64,000 bases of DNA from Thermomicrobiales bacterium (GCA_036558305.1 DATBFX010000341.1:6101-70100); one strand, 5' to 3'. Numbered from the stretch's first letter, positions 1 through 10,753 are shown. Program-made: numbers and translations. Notes: generated by a model not told the origin, from the sequence alone.

Positions 1-137
1 TCACCGTCGCCGTCGGCCGCGACTACGGCGATGTGGCGCCGACCTCCGGGACGTACCGATCCCCGGTTCCAGGGCACTTGGTCGCGCGCAAGCACGTGGG
101 GGTGACGGCGGTAGAGTATTTCGGCGACACGACATAG
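1..137 (+). CDS. transglutaminase-like family protein, C-terminal fragment (5' end outside window)
   Basis: Frame 3 reads TVAVGRDYGDVAPTSGTYRSPVPGHLVARKHVGVTAVEYFGDTT, then TAG at 135-137. The GRDYxDVxPxxG ... V.V.V ending is the usual C-terminus of bacterial transglutaminase-like proteins (recalled pattern, not searched). Confidence 0.45.
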   Translation, partial: TVAVGRDYGDVAPTSGTYRSPVPGHLVARKHVGVTAVEYFGDTT

Positions 138-179
138 CGAAGTGGCGGAATCCGTAGGGGCGGGCACGGAGACCCGCCC

Positions 180-1103
180 CTACGACAGGTCTACGACGTC
201 GACGCCGAGTGCCGTGGCGAGGCGGTCAATGATCTCGGCAGCCGGTCGGTGTTTGCCGCGTTCGATCAGACTCACATACGACATCGAAATGTCGGCGCGC
301 TCGGCCAGCCGGCTCTGTGAGAGACCGGCGGCGGTGCGGAGGGAGCGCACCTTCGGTCCGAAGGGGCTCTGTTGAAGTTGCTCATGGCGCTCCTGGGCGG
401 CGCGTCGCGACAACTCGCGCCGGCACTCGGGGCTGCACGTTTTCCGCGTTTTCTTCGACCAGGGCTCGGGAAAGGTCTTGCCGCAGACGACGCAGGTGAC
501 GTGCAAGCGACCGCCGCGGGCGATCGAGACCTTGCGCGCGAACTCGGCCCGCCAGGCGGGATCGGCACGCAGCTCGGCGATGCGGGCATGACCGAGGGCG
601 GAGATTTCCTTCGGGTCGCGGTCGCCGAAGCCGGCCTCGCGGTGTGTCCCCGCCGCCCGGCGTGCTTGCAATTCGATGTTCGCCTTGCGGAGATTTTCCT
701 CGTTGGCGGCGCGGCGGGCGGGATCGAGCCGCTCTTCCAACCGGGCCCGGCGTCCGCGCGACCAGGAGCTGCGCTGCTCGGGGGAGATCGCCGCCTGCGC
801 CTGCTGGGCGGCGGTCTGGAAGTTGTCGAAACCGGCCGTGCCGACGCGGGCGGCTGCCTGCTGCCGGCGCAGCTCCTTGAGGGCCGGGCCGTGCAGCCCG
901 GTGCTCGCCTTCAGCTCGAATCGCTCTTTGTACTCGTCCGGGGTGACACCGTGGACCTGCGTCACGTGACCACCGAGGTTGCCGAAAAAGTCGCCGCAGA
1001 GGTGGCACTGCGCGCGCTCGCCGTCGTCGGCCAACACACCGAGCCGGCCGTGGATCGGGGCGTCCCAAAGGTCTTCGCTTACCATCGTGCGTACTCCCAA
1101 CAT
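180..1103 (-). CDS. multidomain transcriptional regulator: Ros/MucR-like zinc finger + zinc ribbon + C-terminal XRE-type HTH
   Basis: ORF track 180..1148 starts on GTG; the in-frame ATGs at 1103 and 1085 are more plausible. N-terminus CHLCGDFFGNLGGHVTQVHGVTPDEYKERF resembles the Ros/MucR finger. Centre CVVCGKTF...CSPEC is a zinc ribbon. C-terminus LRTAAGLSQSRLAERADISMSYVSLIERGKHRP is a Cro/XRE helix-turn-helix. Confidence 0.7.
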   Translation of the reverse strand: MLGVRTMVSEDLWDAPIHGRLGVLADDGERAQCHLCGDFFGNLGGHVTQVHGVTPDEYKERFELKASTGLHGPALKELRRQQAAARVGTAGFDNFQTAAQQAQAAISPEQRSSWSRGRRARLEERLDPARRAANEENLRKANIELQARRAAGTHREAGFGDRDPKEISALGHARIAELRADPAWRAEFARKVSIARGGRLHVTCVVCGKTFPEPWSKKTRKTCSPECRRELSRRAAQERHEQLQQSPFGPKVRSLRTAAGLSQSRLAERADISMSYVSLIERGKHRPAAEIIDRLATALGVDVVDLS

Positions 1104-1375
1104 CGGCTCACTTGAGCGGCGGGCGCTAATGATGCCACATTCGCCCACGAACGAACGCCGGCTATTTCATAGTACTTGATCAAGATATGGAGTACAAGAC
1201 GGAAACGCGGCCCGATCGCAGCGATCCGCTCTGGGCCGCCGACCGCCATCCGTGTCGAGCACCGTCGCGCCGATCGGCCGCGTGAAACCTTCGCCCCGGC
1301 GCGCGCGTATCAGCAAGGGAGGGGGAAGACGATTGGCGATCCCTGGCGGTCGAAGGTTGTCCGTGCCCTGCCACC

Positions 1376-3541
1376 GTGGCTCGATTTCGCGCCAGGCGAG
1401 GTGAGCGCGTGGAACGCCGACCGGGTGGGTGGCCGGACCCACCATCCGACCGACGCGATCCTCGATCCCAATCCGAACCGCCGGCGACCGAACCGGGCGC
1501 GGGCGGTAATCTGCCGCCCTGGTCGACCCTCGGTCTCGGGCCGGCCCCGTCGCCGGGATTCGAACGCTCCTGGGAGCCGGCCGAGGAGGACCTGGCGGAG
1601 ACGGCGGACCTGCCGGACCGGCCGCCGTCTCGCCTGGGTCGCGGCGCCCGCATCCTGATCCCCGTCGTTGCCGGTCTCTTGCTCGTCGGCGGCGCCGTTG
1701 GGCTCGTCTGGTTCGACGTGATCGGCGGCTCGACGCCGCCGACGCCGACCCACGCCGCGAACGCGGCTCTCGTCGGGTCGTCGGACACACGACCGGCCGG
1801 CACGCCGCAGGCGAGTCCGCATGCCGGCACGGCCGCCGTGTCGAAAACCGGGACTCCGGTCGTCACGCGCCAGGCGACGACGGTCGCGGGCGCGGTGCCG
1901 CCGGGTTCGACCCCGGTGCCGCCGAGCGGAACGGCGACCCCGGCGCCGAGACTCCTGTTGGCCGCCGGCAAAGGGACGTCGGCCGGCTTGAGCGCCGGCG
2001 ATGTGGCAAACCGGCTGCACGACGCGCTGTCCGGCCAACTCCCAGACCGCACCATCGAAGTCGTCGGCGAGAATCGCACGGACGAGGCGTCCATCGTCGT
2101 CGCCGCGACCGATCCCGCTCCGGTGTTCGAGGCCCGTGTCGTCGCGATCGCGCCGCTCGCCCTCGTCACGTCGCCGCGGTTGCCGCTGACCGGCGTCGGT
2201 CGCGATCAGGCCGACCGACTTTTGAAGGGCGCCATCGCCGATTGGCACGACGTGGGGACGGCGTCATCCCTCGCGGTCGAACCGCTCGCGCTCAAAGGAG
2301 CCGTCCCGGACGGGATGAAGCCGGTCGCCACCTACAAGGACTACGCGGCGCTCGTCGCCGGACTCGCGGCTCACCCGGGCGGAGTGGCGCTGGTGCCGGT
2401 GGATGCAGTCGACTTCCGCGTTAACGTCCTCGCCGTCGAGGGTGTCGATCCGCTCCGCGGGGTCGGCAACGTCCTGGCGTACCCGTACGGAGAGCGGCTC
2501 TACGTCGGCGTCAAGAGCGAGCAGGCGTCGAGTCTGAAACCCGCGCTCGATGCCGCCTTGGCGACGCTGGGGCTGCCGCAACCGGCACCGACGGTCGCCC
2601 GGCTCGGTTTCGCCGGCGACGTCGTGCCCGGTCGCAACGCCAACCAGCATTTCGGCGCGGCGGGCGATGCCACCCATCCGTTCGCAGAAATCGCGAACGA
2701 ACTCGCCTCCTACGATCTCACGGTCGCCAATCTGGAAGGGGTCCTCTCCGCGGCCGCCGATCCCGCCGCCGGCGGACCGGCGACGCCGTTCGCCGCCGCG
2801 CCGTCGTTGACCGACGGGTTGAAGTTCGCCGGTATCGATGCCGTCTCCCTGGCGAACGACCACGCGATTTCCTCCGGGACGCAGGGACTGACCGATACCA
2901 TCGCCGCGCTCAAGACCGCCGGGATTGCTTCGTTCGGCGCCGGTGAAAACCTGGGCGTGGCGCGAGCACCGTTCCTGGCCGTGGTCGGCGGCGTCAAAGT
3001 CGCCGTCGTCGGCGTCGATGGGATCGGCGCGAATCCCGACGGGTCCAGTCCGGGTGGCACCGAGGGCGCGGCCACCGCCAACAGCCCCGGGATCAACCCG
3101 CTGGTCCTCAGCCGGCTTCGCGCCGACATCGGCAACGCCGCGAAGGAGGCGGACGTCGTCATCCCGTACCTCCACGTCGGCGTCGAGGATCGAGAAACGC
3201 CGCCCGAGGCGGCGATCGCAGCGGCCCACGCCGCGATCGACGCCGGGGCGACGCTCGTCGTCGCCACCCACCCGCGGGTGACCGGCGGGATGGAGATCTA
3301 CAAGGGACGGCCGATCGTCTACTCGCTCGGCAGTCTGGTCGCCGATCAGATGCAGAGCGTGCAAACCCGCCAGGGGATGATTCTGGAAGTGACCCTTCGC
3401 GGTGGGACGGTCGTGGGGCTCCGCTTCCACGGGATCGAGATCGAGGATTTCAACCAACCGCGGCCGATGAGCGACGACGCGGAGGCGGCGTTCCTCGATC
3501 GCTTCTGGTGGCTGTCGGATCGATTGAAAGGCAAAGGTTGA
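1376..3541 (+). CDS. CapA-family (PGA_cap, metallophosphatase-like) membrane-anchored protein
   Basis: C-terminal half carries CapA-type motifs: GDVVPGRN, ANLEGVLS, SLANDHAISSG, FGAGENL, YLHVGVE, ATHPRV. One TM helix (ILIPVVAGLLLVGGAVGLVWF) follows a Pro/Arg-rich N-terminus. There is no ATG in the N-terminal region, so the GTG at 1376 is only the longest option. Confidence 0.75.
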   Translation: MARFRARRGERVERRPGGWPDPPSDRRDPRSQSEPPATEPGAGGNLPPWSTLGLGPAPSPGFERSWEPAEEDLAETADLPDRPPSRLGRGARILIPVVAGLLLVGGAVGLVWFDVIGGSTPPTPTHAANAALVGSSDTRPAGTPQASPHAGTAAVSKTGTPVVTRQATTVAGAVPPGSTPVPPSGTATPAPRLLLAAGKGTSAGLSAGDVANRLHDALSGQLPDRTIEVVGENRTDEASIVVAATDPAPVFEARVVAIAPLALVTSPRLPLTGVGRDQADRLLKGAIADWHDVGTASSLAVEPLALKGAVPDGMKPVATYKDYAALVAGLAAHPGGVALVPVDAVDFRVNVLAVEGVDPLRGVGNVLAYPYGERLYVGVKSEQASSLKPALDAALATLGLPQPAPTVARLGFAGDVVPGRNANQHFGAAGDATHPFAEIANELASYDLTVANLEGVLSAAADPAAGGPATPFAAAPSLTDGLKFAGIDAVSLANDHAISSGTQGLTDTIAALKTAGIASFGAGENLGVARAPFLAVVGGVKVAVVGVDGIGANPDGSSPGGTEGAATANSPGINPLVLSRLRADIGNAAKEADVVIPYLHVGVEDRETPPEAAIAAAHAAIDAGATLVVATHPRVTGGMEIYKGRPIVYSLGSLVADQMQSVQTRQGMILEVTLRGGTVVGLRFHGIEIEDFNQPRPMSDDAEAAFLDRFWWLSDRLKGKG

Positions 3542-3646
3542 GCGAACTCGTCGGCGATCGTGGCATCCCATCTGCATCACCGAACCGCACGCGTGCCAAT
3601 CATGGCCAGAGAGACGCTGCCGGTGAGGCGCTGGAGGTGAGCAGGC

Positions 3647-3883
3647 ATGGTGGCGGCATTGGTCAATGAAGCGAGTTGGAGTATTCCCCTGGGAGCCCCC
3701 GTCTACGATGTTGCCGGTGATAAGTTGGGGACCCTGAAAGGTGCCGACCATTACGAGCTATCGATTGAGGAGGGTTTCCTGCTCGTCACGACCTACACGG
3801 TACCGATGGCGTTCGTCGAACGCTACGAGGACGGTGCGATCCACCTCAGTGTCACCAAAGCGGAGGTCTCCGGGGATCGGTAA
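3647..3883 (+). CDS. small hypothetical protein (PRC-barrel/DUF2171-like feel)
   Basis: ATG at 3647 preceded by GGAGGTG (3633-3639). 78 aa with balanced composition (VYDVAGDKLGTLKG...HLSVTKAEV). No firm family recall. Confidence 0.45.
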   Translation: MVAALVNEASWSIPLGAPVYDVAGDKLGTLKGADHYELSIEEGFLLVTTYTVPMAFVERYEDGAIHLSVTKAEVSGDR

Positions 3884-4069
3884 CATGATCGGGCAGCGGT
3901 GTGCCGACTCCGCTGGCCTCTTGCCGGTGTCGAAAAGTTCGGCCATCACGGGCTACCATTGCCACGCGATCGAAGACCCAGGCGGCGATCCTCCCGACGA
4001 CCTTCGACCCGCGACGGGCTCGACACCGGAGGCGGGTGCCGGTCTCGGGACAGCAATGGGAACCTGGAG

Positions 4070-5494
4070 ATGGGACGACAGAAATCGATCCTGCCGGCGG
4101 CGGTTGTGCTCGTGGCGCTGACGATCCTTGCGTCGGCGTTCGGCGGTCATCGTCCGGTCACCGGAACGGCGGCGACGCCGGCCGCCGAAGCGTCGCCGAC
4201 GGCCGCGGCCGGGGTACCGGCGTCGGTCTATCTGCTGCGTGGTAGCCGCGTCGCGCCCGTCCACCGGGTCGAGGTCCTCGCCGGCGGTTCGATCTTCGAT
4301 GCGACCCTGGACGACCTGCTGCGGGGACCGCTCGACACGGAGGCGGGAGCCGGCTACACGACCGGTCTGCGGCAGCAGACGACGCGGACCGATCCGGTCG
4401 CGATCGACACGACGGCGAAGACGGCCACCGTCTCCCTGTCCAGAGAATTTCGGTCGAGCGACGCCACCGTCCAGGCGACCCGGATGGCCCAGGTCGTCTT
4501 CACGATGACGCAATTCCCCGCCATCCAGCAGGTGAAGTTCACCCTGAACGGCAAGGCATTGACCGTCCTCGACGGATCGGGCAAGAAGCTCAAGGGAGCG
4601 GCAACCCGCGACGACTACGCGAACCTGATGCCGGCGATTCTCGTCGAGTCCCCCGCGGCCTGGACGCAGGTGACGACGCCGATCCAGATTCGGGGCAGCG
4701 CGGCTCCTTCCGACGCGACCACCTTCTACCGGCTGGTCGACCGCCAGAATCAGGTATTGGCCGAAGGCGAACTGGCGCCGAAAGGAAGCGGCAACGACCG
4801 TCGCGCCATCGCGACGTCGATACCCTACGTTCTGGACGTGGCCGGGCGAGGTGCCCTCGTGCTCTTCGAGCGGACCGGGGACGACCCGCGCGAGCGCAAC
4901 ACGTTCGCGATCCCGCTCGATCTGCGGAAAACGACGCCGGATGCTACCCCGACGCCGACCGCGACGAACACGCCGACGGCAACCGCGACCTTCACACCGA
5001 CGGCGACGCCGACCAACACGGCAACACCCACGAACACGCCGACCGCGACTCCCACCCAGACGCCGACCGAAACACCGACGCCGACGGCCACCGCGACCCC
5101 GGAGCCGACCGGTTCGCTCACCATCCGCGTCTTCAACTGTCCGGCCGGCGCGACGCCCAGCAACTTCAATCCCGACGACTGCGACGTGGTGACGCGAGAC
5201 TTCAACTTCCAGGTGACGGGTGACAACCTCGTGCAACCGCTGACGATCGGCGACGCCCAGCGTCTGAGCAAAGAGCGATTCCGTTGGGGCGATCTCCGTT
5301 ATGGCACCTACGTTCTCACCGAGACGCGGTTGCCGAAGGGCTACGGGGCCTTCTACGTCGCCCACTCCGACATCGTCACCGGGTCCGCCAAGCGCGGCTA
5401 CGAGATCGCGATCGGCGCGGACGATCCGGACGTGACGATCCGCGTCTACAACTTCCCCGCCGAACCGACGCCGACGCCGGAGCCGGTCGGATAG
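4070..5494 (+). CDS. secreted GerMN + Gmad2 Ig-like protein with Thr/Pro linker and SpaA/Cna-B-like C-terminal domain
   Basis: In-frame ATG at 4070 gives the signal-anchor MGRQKSILPAAVVLVALTILASAFG. The GerMN-like segment runs LLRGSRVAPVH...MAQVVFTMTQFPAIQQVKFTLNGK, and the Gmad2-like segment is ILVESPAAWTQVTTPIQIRG. About 55 aa of TPTPTATNTPTATATFTPTATPT linker is encoded at 4925-5105. The C-terminal motif GTYVLTETRLPKGY is typical of SpaA/Cna-B folds. Confidence 0.75.
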   Translation: MGRQKSILPAAVVLVALTILASAFGGHRPVTGTAATPAAEASPTAAAGVPASVYLLRGSRVAPVHRVEVLAGGSIFDATLDDLLRGPLDTEAGAGYTTGLRQQTTRTDPVAIDTTAKTATVSLSREFRSSDATVQATRMAQVVFTMTQFPAIQQVKFTLNGKALTVLDGSGKKLKGAATRDDYANLMPAILVESPAAWTQVTTPIQIRGSAAPSDATTFYRLVDRQNQVLAEGELAPKGSGNDRRAIATSIPYVLDVAGRGALVLFERTGDDPRERNTFAIPLDLRKTTPDATPTPTATNTPTATATFTPTATPTNTATPTNTPTATPTQTPTETPTPTATATPEPTGSLTIRVFNCPAGATPSNFNPDDCDVVTRDFNFQVTGDNLVQPLTIGDAQRLSKERFRWGDLRYGTYVLTETRLPKGYGAFYVAHSDIVTGSAKRGYEIAIGADDPDVTIRVYNFPAEPTPTPEPVG

Positions 5495-5715
5495 CCCGGA
5501 TCGCCGAAGCGGACGGTGCGCCGTGGCTGACGGCGGCGGTGGCGATCACTGGCTGGCGGACCCGCCGGGCACACCACCACCGCGTCCGCCTGCGACCGGC
5601 GACCCGACACCCCTGCGATGCTCGGTGGCGTGCCCACACCGTACTCTCTACCGCTTCGTGAATGAGCCAGGCTAGATTTGGTCGGATTCGGGCGTTTCGC
5701 GGGCGCTCGGTTCGA

Positions 5716-7434
5716 TCACGCCGTGACCACCGCCGCCGCGGCCGCCAGGTTCAACTCCTCGATGGCCTGCTCCCGCATCTTGTACTTCTGGATCTTGCCG
5801 GTGACGGTCATCGGGAACGACTCGACGAAGCGCCAGTGGCGGGGGATCTTGTAGTGGGCGATCTGGCCCTGGCAGTAGGCACGGAGTTCCTCTGGTGACG
5901 CCTCCTGACCGGGGTGGAGAATGACCCAGGCCATCACCTCCTCGCCGTAGCGCTCGTCGGGGGTCCCGATGACCTGGACGTCGCGAATCTTGGGGTGACC
6001 GTAGAGGAACTCCTCGATCTCGCGCGGGTAGATGTTCTCGCCGCCGCGGATGATCATGTCTTTGGCGCGGCCGACGATGTTGACGTAGCCCTCGGCGTCC
6101 ATCGTCGCCAGGTCGCCGGTGTGCATCCAGCGACCGGCGTCGATCGCCTCGGCGGTGGCGTCCGGATTGCCCCAGTACCCGAGCATCACGATGTAGCCGC
6201 GGGAGAGGAGTTCGCCCGGCTCGCCGCGCGGGACGACCCGACCGGTCAGGCGATCGATGATTTTGCACTCGACGTGGTCGTGGACGCGGCCGACGGTGCT
6301 GACGCGTTTGTCGATGGGATCGTCGGTCGTGCTCTGGAACGAGACGGGCGAGGTTTCGGTCATGCCGTAGCAGATCGTCACTTCCGTCATGTGCATCTTC
6401 TCGAAGACCTGCTTCATCACCTCGACCGGGCAGGGGGCGCCGGCCATGATCCCGGTGCGAAGGGACGACAGGTCAAATCGCGCGAACTCGGGGTCCCCAA
6501 GCATCGCGATGAACATGGTGGGCACCCCGTGGAGAGCGGTGCAGCGTTCGGCCGCGACCGTTTCCAACGTCAGGCGAGGGTCGAACACCGGGGCCGGAAT
6601 GACCATCGTCGCGCCGTGGGTGACGCAGGCGAGGTTGGCGAGCACCATCCCGAAGCAATGGTAGAAGGGAACCGGGATACAGAGGCGGTCGCGTTCGGTG
6701 AAGCGCATCCGCTCGCCGATAAAGAACCCGTTGTTGAGGATCGAGTGGTGGGAGAGGGTGGCGCCTTTGGGGAAACCGGTCGTCCCGGACGTGTACTGGA
6801 TGTTGATCGGATCGTCGAACGCCTGCTCGCTTTGCCTGGTCGCCAACTCGTCGGCGGAGACGGACTCGCCCGCATCGAGCACGTCCTGCCAGGTAAAGGC
6901 ACCGGGGACCGATTGACCCCCGAATGCGATGACGGTGCGGAGATCGGGAACGCGCTCCGACCGAAGGCGGCCGGGTTCACAGTCGTCGAGTTCCGGGCAG
7001 ACCTCACGCAGCAGCGCCCCGTAGTCGGACGTCTTGAACGGCGGACCGATGATCAGCGCGGAGCATCCGGACTGGCGCAGCGCGTATTCGAGTTCGCGCA
7101 CGCGGTAGGCCGGGTTGATGTTGACGAGGATGGCACCGATTTTCGGGGTGGCGAATTGGGCGATCACCCACTCGACGTGGTTCGGCGACCAGATGCCGAT
7201 GCGGTCGCCTTTTTTCACGCCGAGGGCGAGCAGACCACGGGCGAACCGATTGCAGGCATCCCGGAGGTCGCCGTAGCTGAGCCGAACCCCCTGTTGGCGG
7301 GAAACGACCGCGTCATTGTCGGGGAACTGCACCGCGACGCGGTCGAAGAGTTCGCCGATGGTGGCGCCGATGAACGGCACGTCGCTGGCACCGTGGACGT
7401 AGGAGAGCGATCGGTCGTGGAGAGCCAGTGTCAT
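5716..7434 (-). CDS. AMP-dependent acyl-CoA synthetase/ligase (ACSF2/FadD-like)
   Basis: 572 aa with the AMP-binding signature [50 protein letters not shown] and the C-terminal [13 protein letters not shown]. Confidence 0.9.
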   Translation of the reverse strand: MTLALHDRSLSYVHGASDVPFIGATIGELFDRVAVQFPDNDAVVSRQQGVRLSYGDLRDACNRFARGLLALGVKKGDRIGIWSPNHVEWVIAQFATPKIGAILVNINPAYRVRELEYALRQSGCSALIIGPPFKTSDYGALLREVCPELDDCEPGRLRSERVPDLRTVIAFGGQSVPGAFTWQDVLDAGESVSADELATRQSEQAFDDPINIQYTSGTTGFPKGATLSHHSILNNGFFIGERMRFTERDRLCIPVPFYHCFGMVLANLACVTHGATMVIPAPVFDPRLTLETVAAERCTALHGVPTMFIAMLGDPEFARFDLSSLRTGIMAGAPCPVEVMKQVFEKMHMTEVTICYGMTETSPVSFQSTTDDPIDKRVSTVGRVHDHVECKIIDRLTGRVVPRGEPGELLSRGYIVMLGYWGNPDATAEAIDAGRWMHTGDLATMDAEGYVNIVGRAKDMIIRGGENIYPREIEEFLYGHPKIRDVQVIGTPDERYGEEVMAWVILHPGQEASPEELRAYCQGQIAHYKIPRHWRFVESFPMTVTGKIQKYKMREQAIEELNLAAAAAVVTA

Positions 7435-7791
7435 GATGAATCCTTCGCTTTCTGATTGCAGCGTATCCGGATCGTCTCAAAGGGACGGGTCCAGGAGGAA
7501 TTACGGTACACCCGCCGCGAAACGGCCACAAGGGGCGGCAGCTCCGTTGGCGACGTGGGGCAGACACAGCCAACTCATCATTCGACGATGTGCCATCCCG
7601 TTTATCGTCCTCTCACCTACCAGATCGCCGGTTCCCGTCCATCATGACCGCAAGCCAATCGCGGGGCATGCGTGTAATTGCCCATCTGGCGCAAGTAGTC
7701 ATCGCTGCGGCGCCGCGAAACCGGTCGTCCGGAGCAAGCACGGTCGACCGCGAGCAAGCGCAGCGGGTCAGGGTTCGCGTTAAGCACCCGG

Positions 7792-9393
7792 TTACCCTCG
7801 CTCGAAGACCACCCTACCGTCGATCACCGTCATCGCCGCCAGCAGCGTGTGCAACTCCTGCGGCGCAACCTCGCGCGGATCATGGTCGAGAACCGTAAGG
7901 TCGGCCAGCTTACCTTCGGAAATCGAACCTTTGAGGTGTTCCTCGAAGGAGGCGTAGGCGCCGTTGAGGGTGAACATGCGGATGGCTTCGTCGATGGTGA
8001 CGCCCTGGTTGGGACCCATCCGCTGTCCGTCCTGGGTGAGACGGGTGACGGCGGAGCGGAGGTTCACGAAGGGATCGACGGAGACGACCGGAGCGTCGGA
8101 ACTCCCGGCCGCGGCGATGCCGTGGTCGATCCAGGCGCGGCCGGGGTACGAGAAGGCGAGTTGTTCGGGCGTGAAATTCTCGATGTAGGAGTCGCCGAGG
8201 TAGTAGATGAACGAGGGCTGGGGAATCGCCAGGACGCCGAGGCGACGCATCCGTGCGAGGTGGCTCGGCGTGCAGATGCCGCAGTGCTCGATGCGCGCGC
8301 GGTGGTCGGGACGGGGGTGGGCGGCAAGCGCGGTTTCGTAGGCGTCGAGGATCATCGTGATGGCGAGGTCGCCGATGGCGTGGGCGGCCATTTGGAAACC
8401 GGCGGCATTGGCGCGGGTCATCCGCTCGTTGAGTCCGGGCTGGTCGTAGATGGTGATGCCGCGATTGCCGGGGTCGTTGCGGTAGTCGACGGTCATCGCC
8501 GCGGTCCGACCGCCGCCTGAGCCGTCCTGAAAGAGTTTGGCGGGACCGATCCGCAGCCAGGCATCGCCGAAGCCGGTTTGGAGACCGAGGCGTTCGAGAG
8601 CGTCCAACGTGTCGTCGATGATCATCATCGTGAAGACGCGGACGGGGAGTTCGCCGTCGCGGGCGAGTTCTTCGTAAGCGGCGAATTCGTCCGAGGTGCG
8701 AATGCTCGCTTCGCCGACGCTGGTGATGCCGTAGCGGAGGAACAGCCGGCCGGCGCCCCGTAGGTAGTCCTTCATCTCGGCGCGGGTCGAGGGCGGGATC
8801 AGGTCGCGGACGAGGCGGATCGCCGTCTCGCAAAGCAGACCATTCGGTTCGCCATGGTCGTCGCGGTCGATCCGGCCACCCGACGGGTCCGGCGTTTCGC
8901 GACCGATCCCGGCGCGGGCCAGCGCCGCCGAGTTGGCGACGGCGAGGTGACCGCAGGTGCGGACCAGGAGAGCGGGCCGGCCTTCGGTCGCCTCGTCGAG
9001 GTCGAAGCGCGTCGGGTGGCGGTGCACGTCGAGGCGGGTGTCGTCGTAACCGCGGCCGACGAGCCACCCGTCGCGACCGCTGCCGCGGGCGGCGGCGGCG
9101 CGAAACGCTTGCTGGAGGGCGGCAAGCGTCGGCGCGGCAGCCGGACCGGCGTCGATCGAACTCAGCGATTGACCGAGGGAGATCGGGTGGTTGTGGTTGT
9201 CGTTGAGACCGGGCAACAGCGCCCGACCGCCGAGATCGACGACACGGGTTGCCGGTCCGATCTCGGCCCGCACTTCCTCGTCGGTCCCGACCCGGCTGAT
9301 CTTGTTGGCGGAGACGGCGACCGCTTCGGCGGTCGGACGTCGGTCGTCGACGGTGATGCTCGGGCCGTTGCGAAATACCAGGTCGGCGGGCAT
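7792..9393 (-). CDS. amidohydrolase family protein (Amidohydro_3 / YtcJ-like metal-dependent hydrolase)
   Basis: N-terminus VFRNG...GRALLPGLNDNHNHP (metal-binding HxH). Also AHAIGD, HCGICTP and GSDAPV motifs. 533 aa. Confidence 0.85.
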   Translation of the reverse strand: MPADLVFRNGPSITVDDRRPTAEAVAVSANKISRVGTDEEVRAEIGPATRVVDLGGRALLPGLNDNHNHPISLGQSLSSIDAGPAAAPTLAALQQAFRAAAARGSGRDGWLVGRGYDDTRLDVHRHPTRFDLDEATEGRPALLVRTCGHLAVANSAALARAGIGRETPDPSGGRIDRDDHGEPNGLLCETAIRLVRDLIPPSTRAEMKDYLRGAGRLFLRYGITSVGEASIRTSDEFAAYEELARDGELPVRVFTMMIIDDTLDALERLGLQTGFGDAWLRIGPAKLFQDGSGGGRTAAMTVDYRNDPGNRGITIYDQPGLNERMTRANAAGFQMAAHAIGDLAITMILDAYETALAAHPRPDHRARIEHCGICTPSHLARMRRLGVLAIPQPSFIYYLGDSYIENFTPEQLAFSYPGRAWIDHGIAAAGSSDAPVVSVDPFVNLRSAVTRLTQDGQRMGPNQGVTIDEAIRMFTLNGAYASFEEHLKGSISEGKLADLTVLDHDPREVAPQELHTLLAAMTVIDGRVVFERG

Positions 9394-9558
9394 CGGTTTT
9401 CGTCCCTCTCAAGGCGCGGTCGCCTTTTTCGACGCGCGGGTCGTCAAACATCCCACAGCGGAGCCGAACGATAACGGATGCGGCGACTCGGGCGCGACGG
9501 GCAGTAGACTTGCCGCGCACGGGTCGCGATGAGGCGACCGCACCGAGCGGAGGCACCG

Positions 9559-10722
9559 ATGACCGCTGGCCTGGCGTATGAATTGACAGACGAGCAGCAG
9601 GCGCTCAGAGAAACGATCCGCGAGTTCGCGGAGAGCGAGATCGCACCGTACGCGGCCTCATGGGACGAACGGCACGTCTTTCCGACCGAGGTCGTCCGCA
9701 AGCTCGGCGAGTTGGGCGCGATGGGGGTCGCCTTTCCCGAGGAATACGGCGGGTTAGGGGCGGGCGCGGTCGCGCAGGCCGTTGTGGTCGAGGAGTTGGC
9801 ACGGATCGACTCCTCGATCGCGATCACGGTCGGGGCCAGCGTCTCGCTCGGCGGCGAACCGATCCTCCGGTTTGGGACGGAGGAACAGAAGCAGCATTTC
9901 CTCGTCCCACTTGCGCGGGGGGAAACGCTGGGTGCCTTTGCCAGCACCGAACCGGGCAGCGGCTCCGACGTGCAAGCGGCGAAGACGACCGCGCGCCGGG
10001 AAAACGGCTGCTGGGTTCTCAACGGCACGAAGGCGTTCATCACCAACGCCGGCAACGACCTGAGCTCGTTCGTGATCGTGACGGCGAGAACGGCGACCGA
10101 CGGCGGCGGCGGCGCGCTGAGCACCTTCGTCGTGCCGACCGGAACACCGGGCTACGAACCGCAGAAACCGTATCGCAAACTCGGTTGGCACGCCTCCGAC
10201 ACGCGGGAACTGGTCTTCGCCGATTGCCGGTTGCCGGACGAGGCGCTGCTCGGTCCGCTCGGCAAGGGAGCCCGCGTTTTTCTGACGGCACTCGACGGCG
10301 GCCGTATCGGTGTCGCCGCGATGTCGGTCGGTCTTGCCCAGGGGGCGCTCGAGCAGGCGACCGCCTACGCCAAGGAGCGAACCGCCTTCGGCGCGCCGAT
10401 CGGCCGGCAGCAGATGGTCTACGCGAAGTTGGCCGAACTGAGAACGCAGATCGAGGCGGCCCGATTGATGACCTACCGGGCGGCGGCGATGAAAGAAGCC
10501 GGTCAACCCTGCACGTTGGAAGCGGCGGCGGCAAAACTCTTCGCCTCCGAACTGGCGGTGCGGGCGGCGGAGGAGAACCTGCAAATCCACGGCGGGTTCG
10601 GTTACGTGGAGGAGTCGGCCGTTCCGAGGTTCTACCGCGACGCGAAGATCCTCACCATCGGCGAAGGCACGAGCGAAATATTGAAACTCGTCATCGCGCG
10701 GCAGATGGGCTTGGCGGAGTGA
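9559..10722 (+). CDS. acyl-CoA dehydrogenase (isovaleryl-CoA dehydrogenase suggested by context only)
   Basis: ATG at 9559 ([24 protein letters not shown]). ACAD motifs [27 protein letters not shown] and [11 protein letters not shown], with the TIGEGTSEI ending. The substrate is inferred from the neighbouring methylcrotonyl-CoA carboxylase genes. Confidence 0.88.
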   Translation: MTAGLAYELTDEQQALRETIREFAESEIAPYAASWDERHVFPTEVVRKLGELGAMGVAFPEEYGGLGAGAVAQAVVVEELARIDSSIAITVGASVSLGGEPILRFGTEEQKQHFLVPLARGETLGAFASTEPGSGSDVQAAKTTARRENGCWVLNGTKAFITNAGNDLSSFVIVTARTATDGGGGALSTFVVPTGTPGYEPQKPYRKLGWHASDTRELVFADCRLPDEALLGPLGKGARVFLTALDGGRIGVAAMSVGLAQGALEQATAYAKERTAFGAPIGRQQMVYAKLAELRTQIEAARLMTYRAAAMKEAGQPCTLEAAAAKLFASELAVRAAEENLQIHGGFGYVEESAVPRFYRDAKILTIGEGTSEILKLVIARQMGLAE

Positions 10723-10753
10723 GACCGGGGTCGAACGAAGGGGCCTCTTGTCG

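Noticed and set aside
1180-2248. Long Arg/Pro/Gly-rich ORFs antisense to or out of frame with real genes. Examples: 1180..2169, 1310..2248, 2264..3751, 3953..5365, 7910..9556, 20256..20828, 20733..22166, 23173..24969 and 25061..26041, with many others throughout the track.
   Set aside because: These are typical shadow ORFs of GC-rich DNA. They have extreme R/P/G/A composition, no recognisable motifs, and each fully overlaps a frame with clear family signatures.
4925-5105. An apparent DNA satellite (acgccgac/accgcgac periodicity).
   Set aside because: It is the coding sequence of a Thr/Pro-rich protein linker in the correct reading frame. The periodicity is imperfect at the DNA level and is explained by codon repetition.
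7435-7791. The 357-bp gap between the acyl-CoA synthetase and amidohydrolase genes could be an sRNA or small-protein locus.
   Set aside because: I found only short or Arg-rich ORFs, no clear inverted repeats and no AT-rich promoter-like island. Nothing there can be supported from sequence alone.
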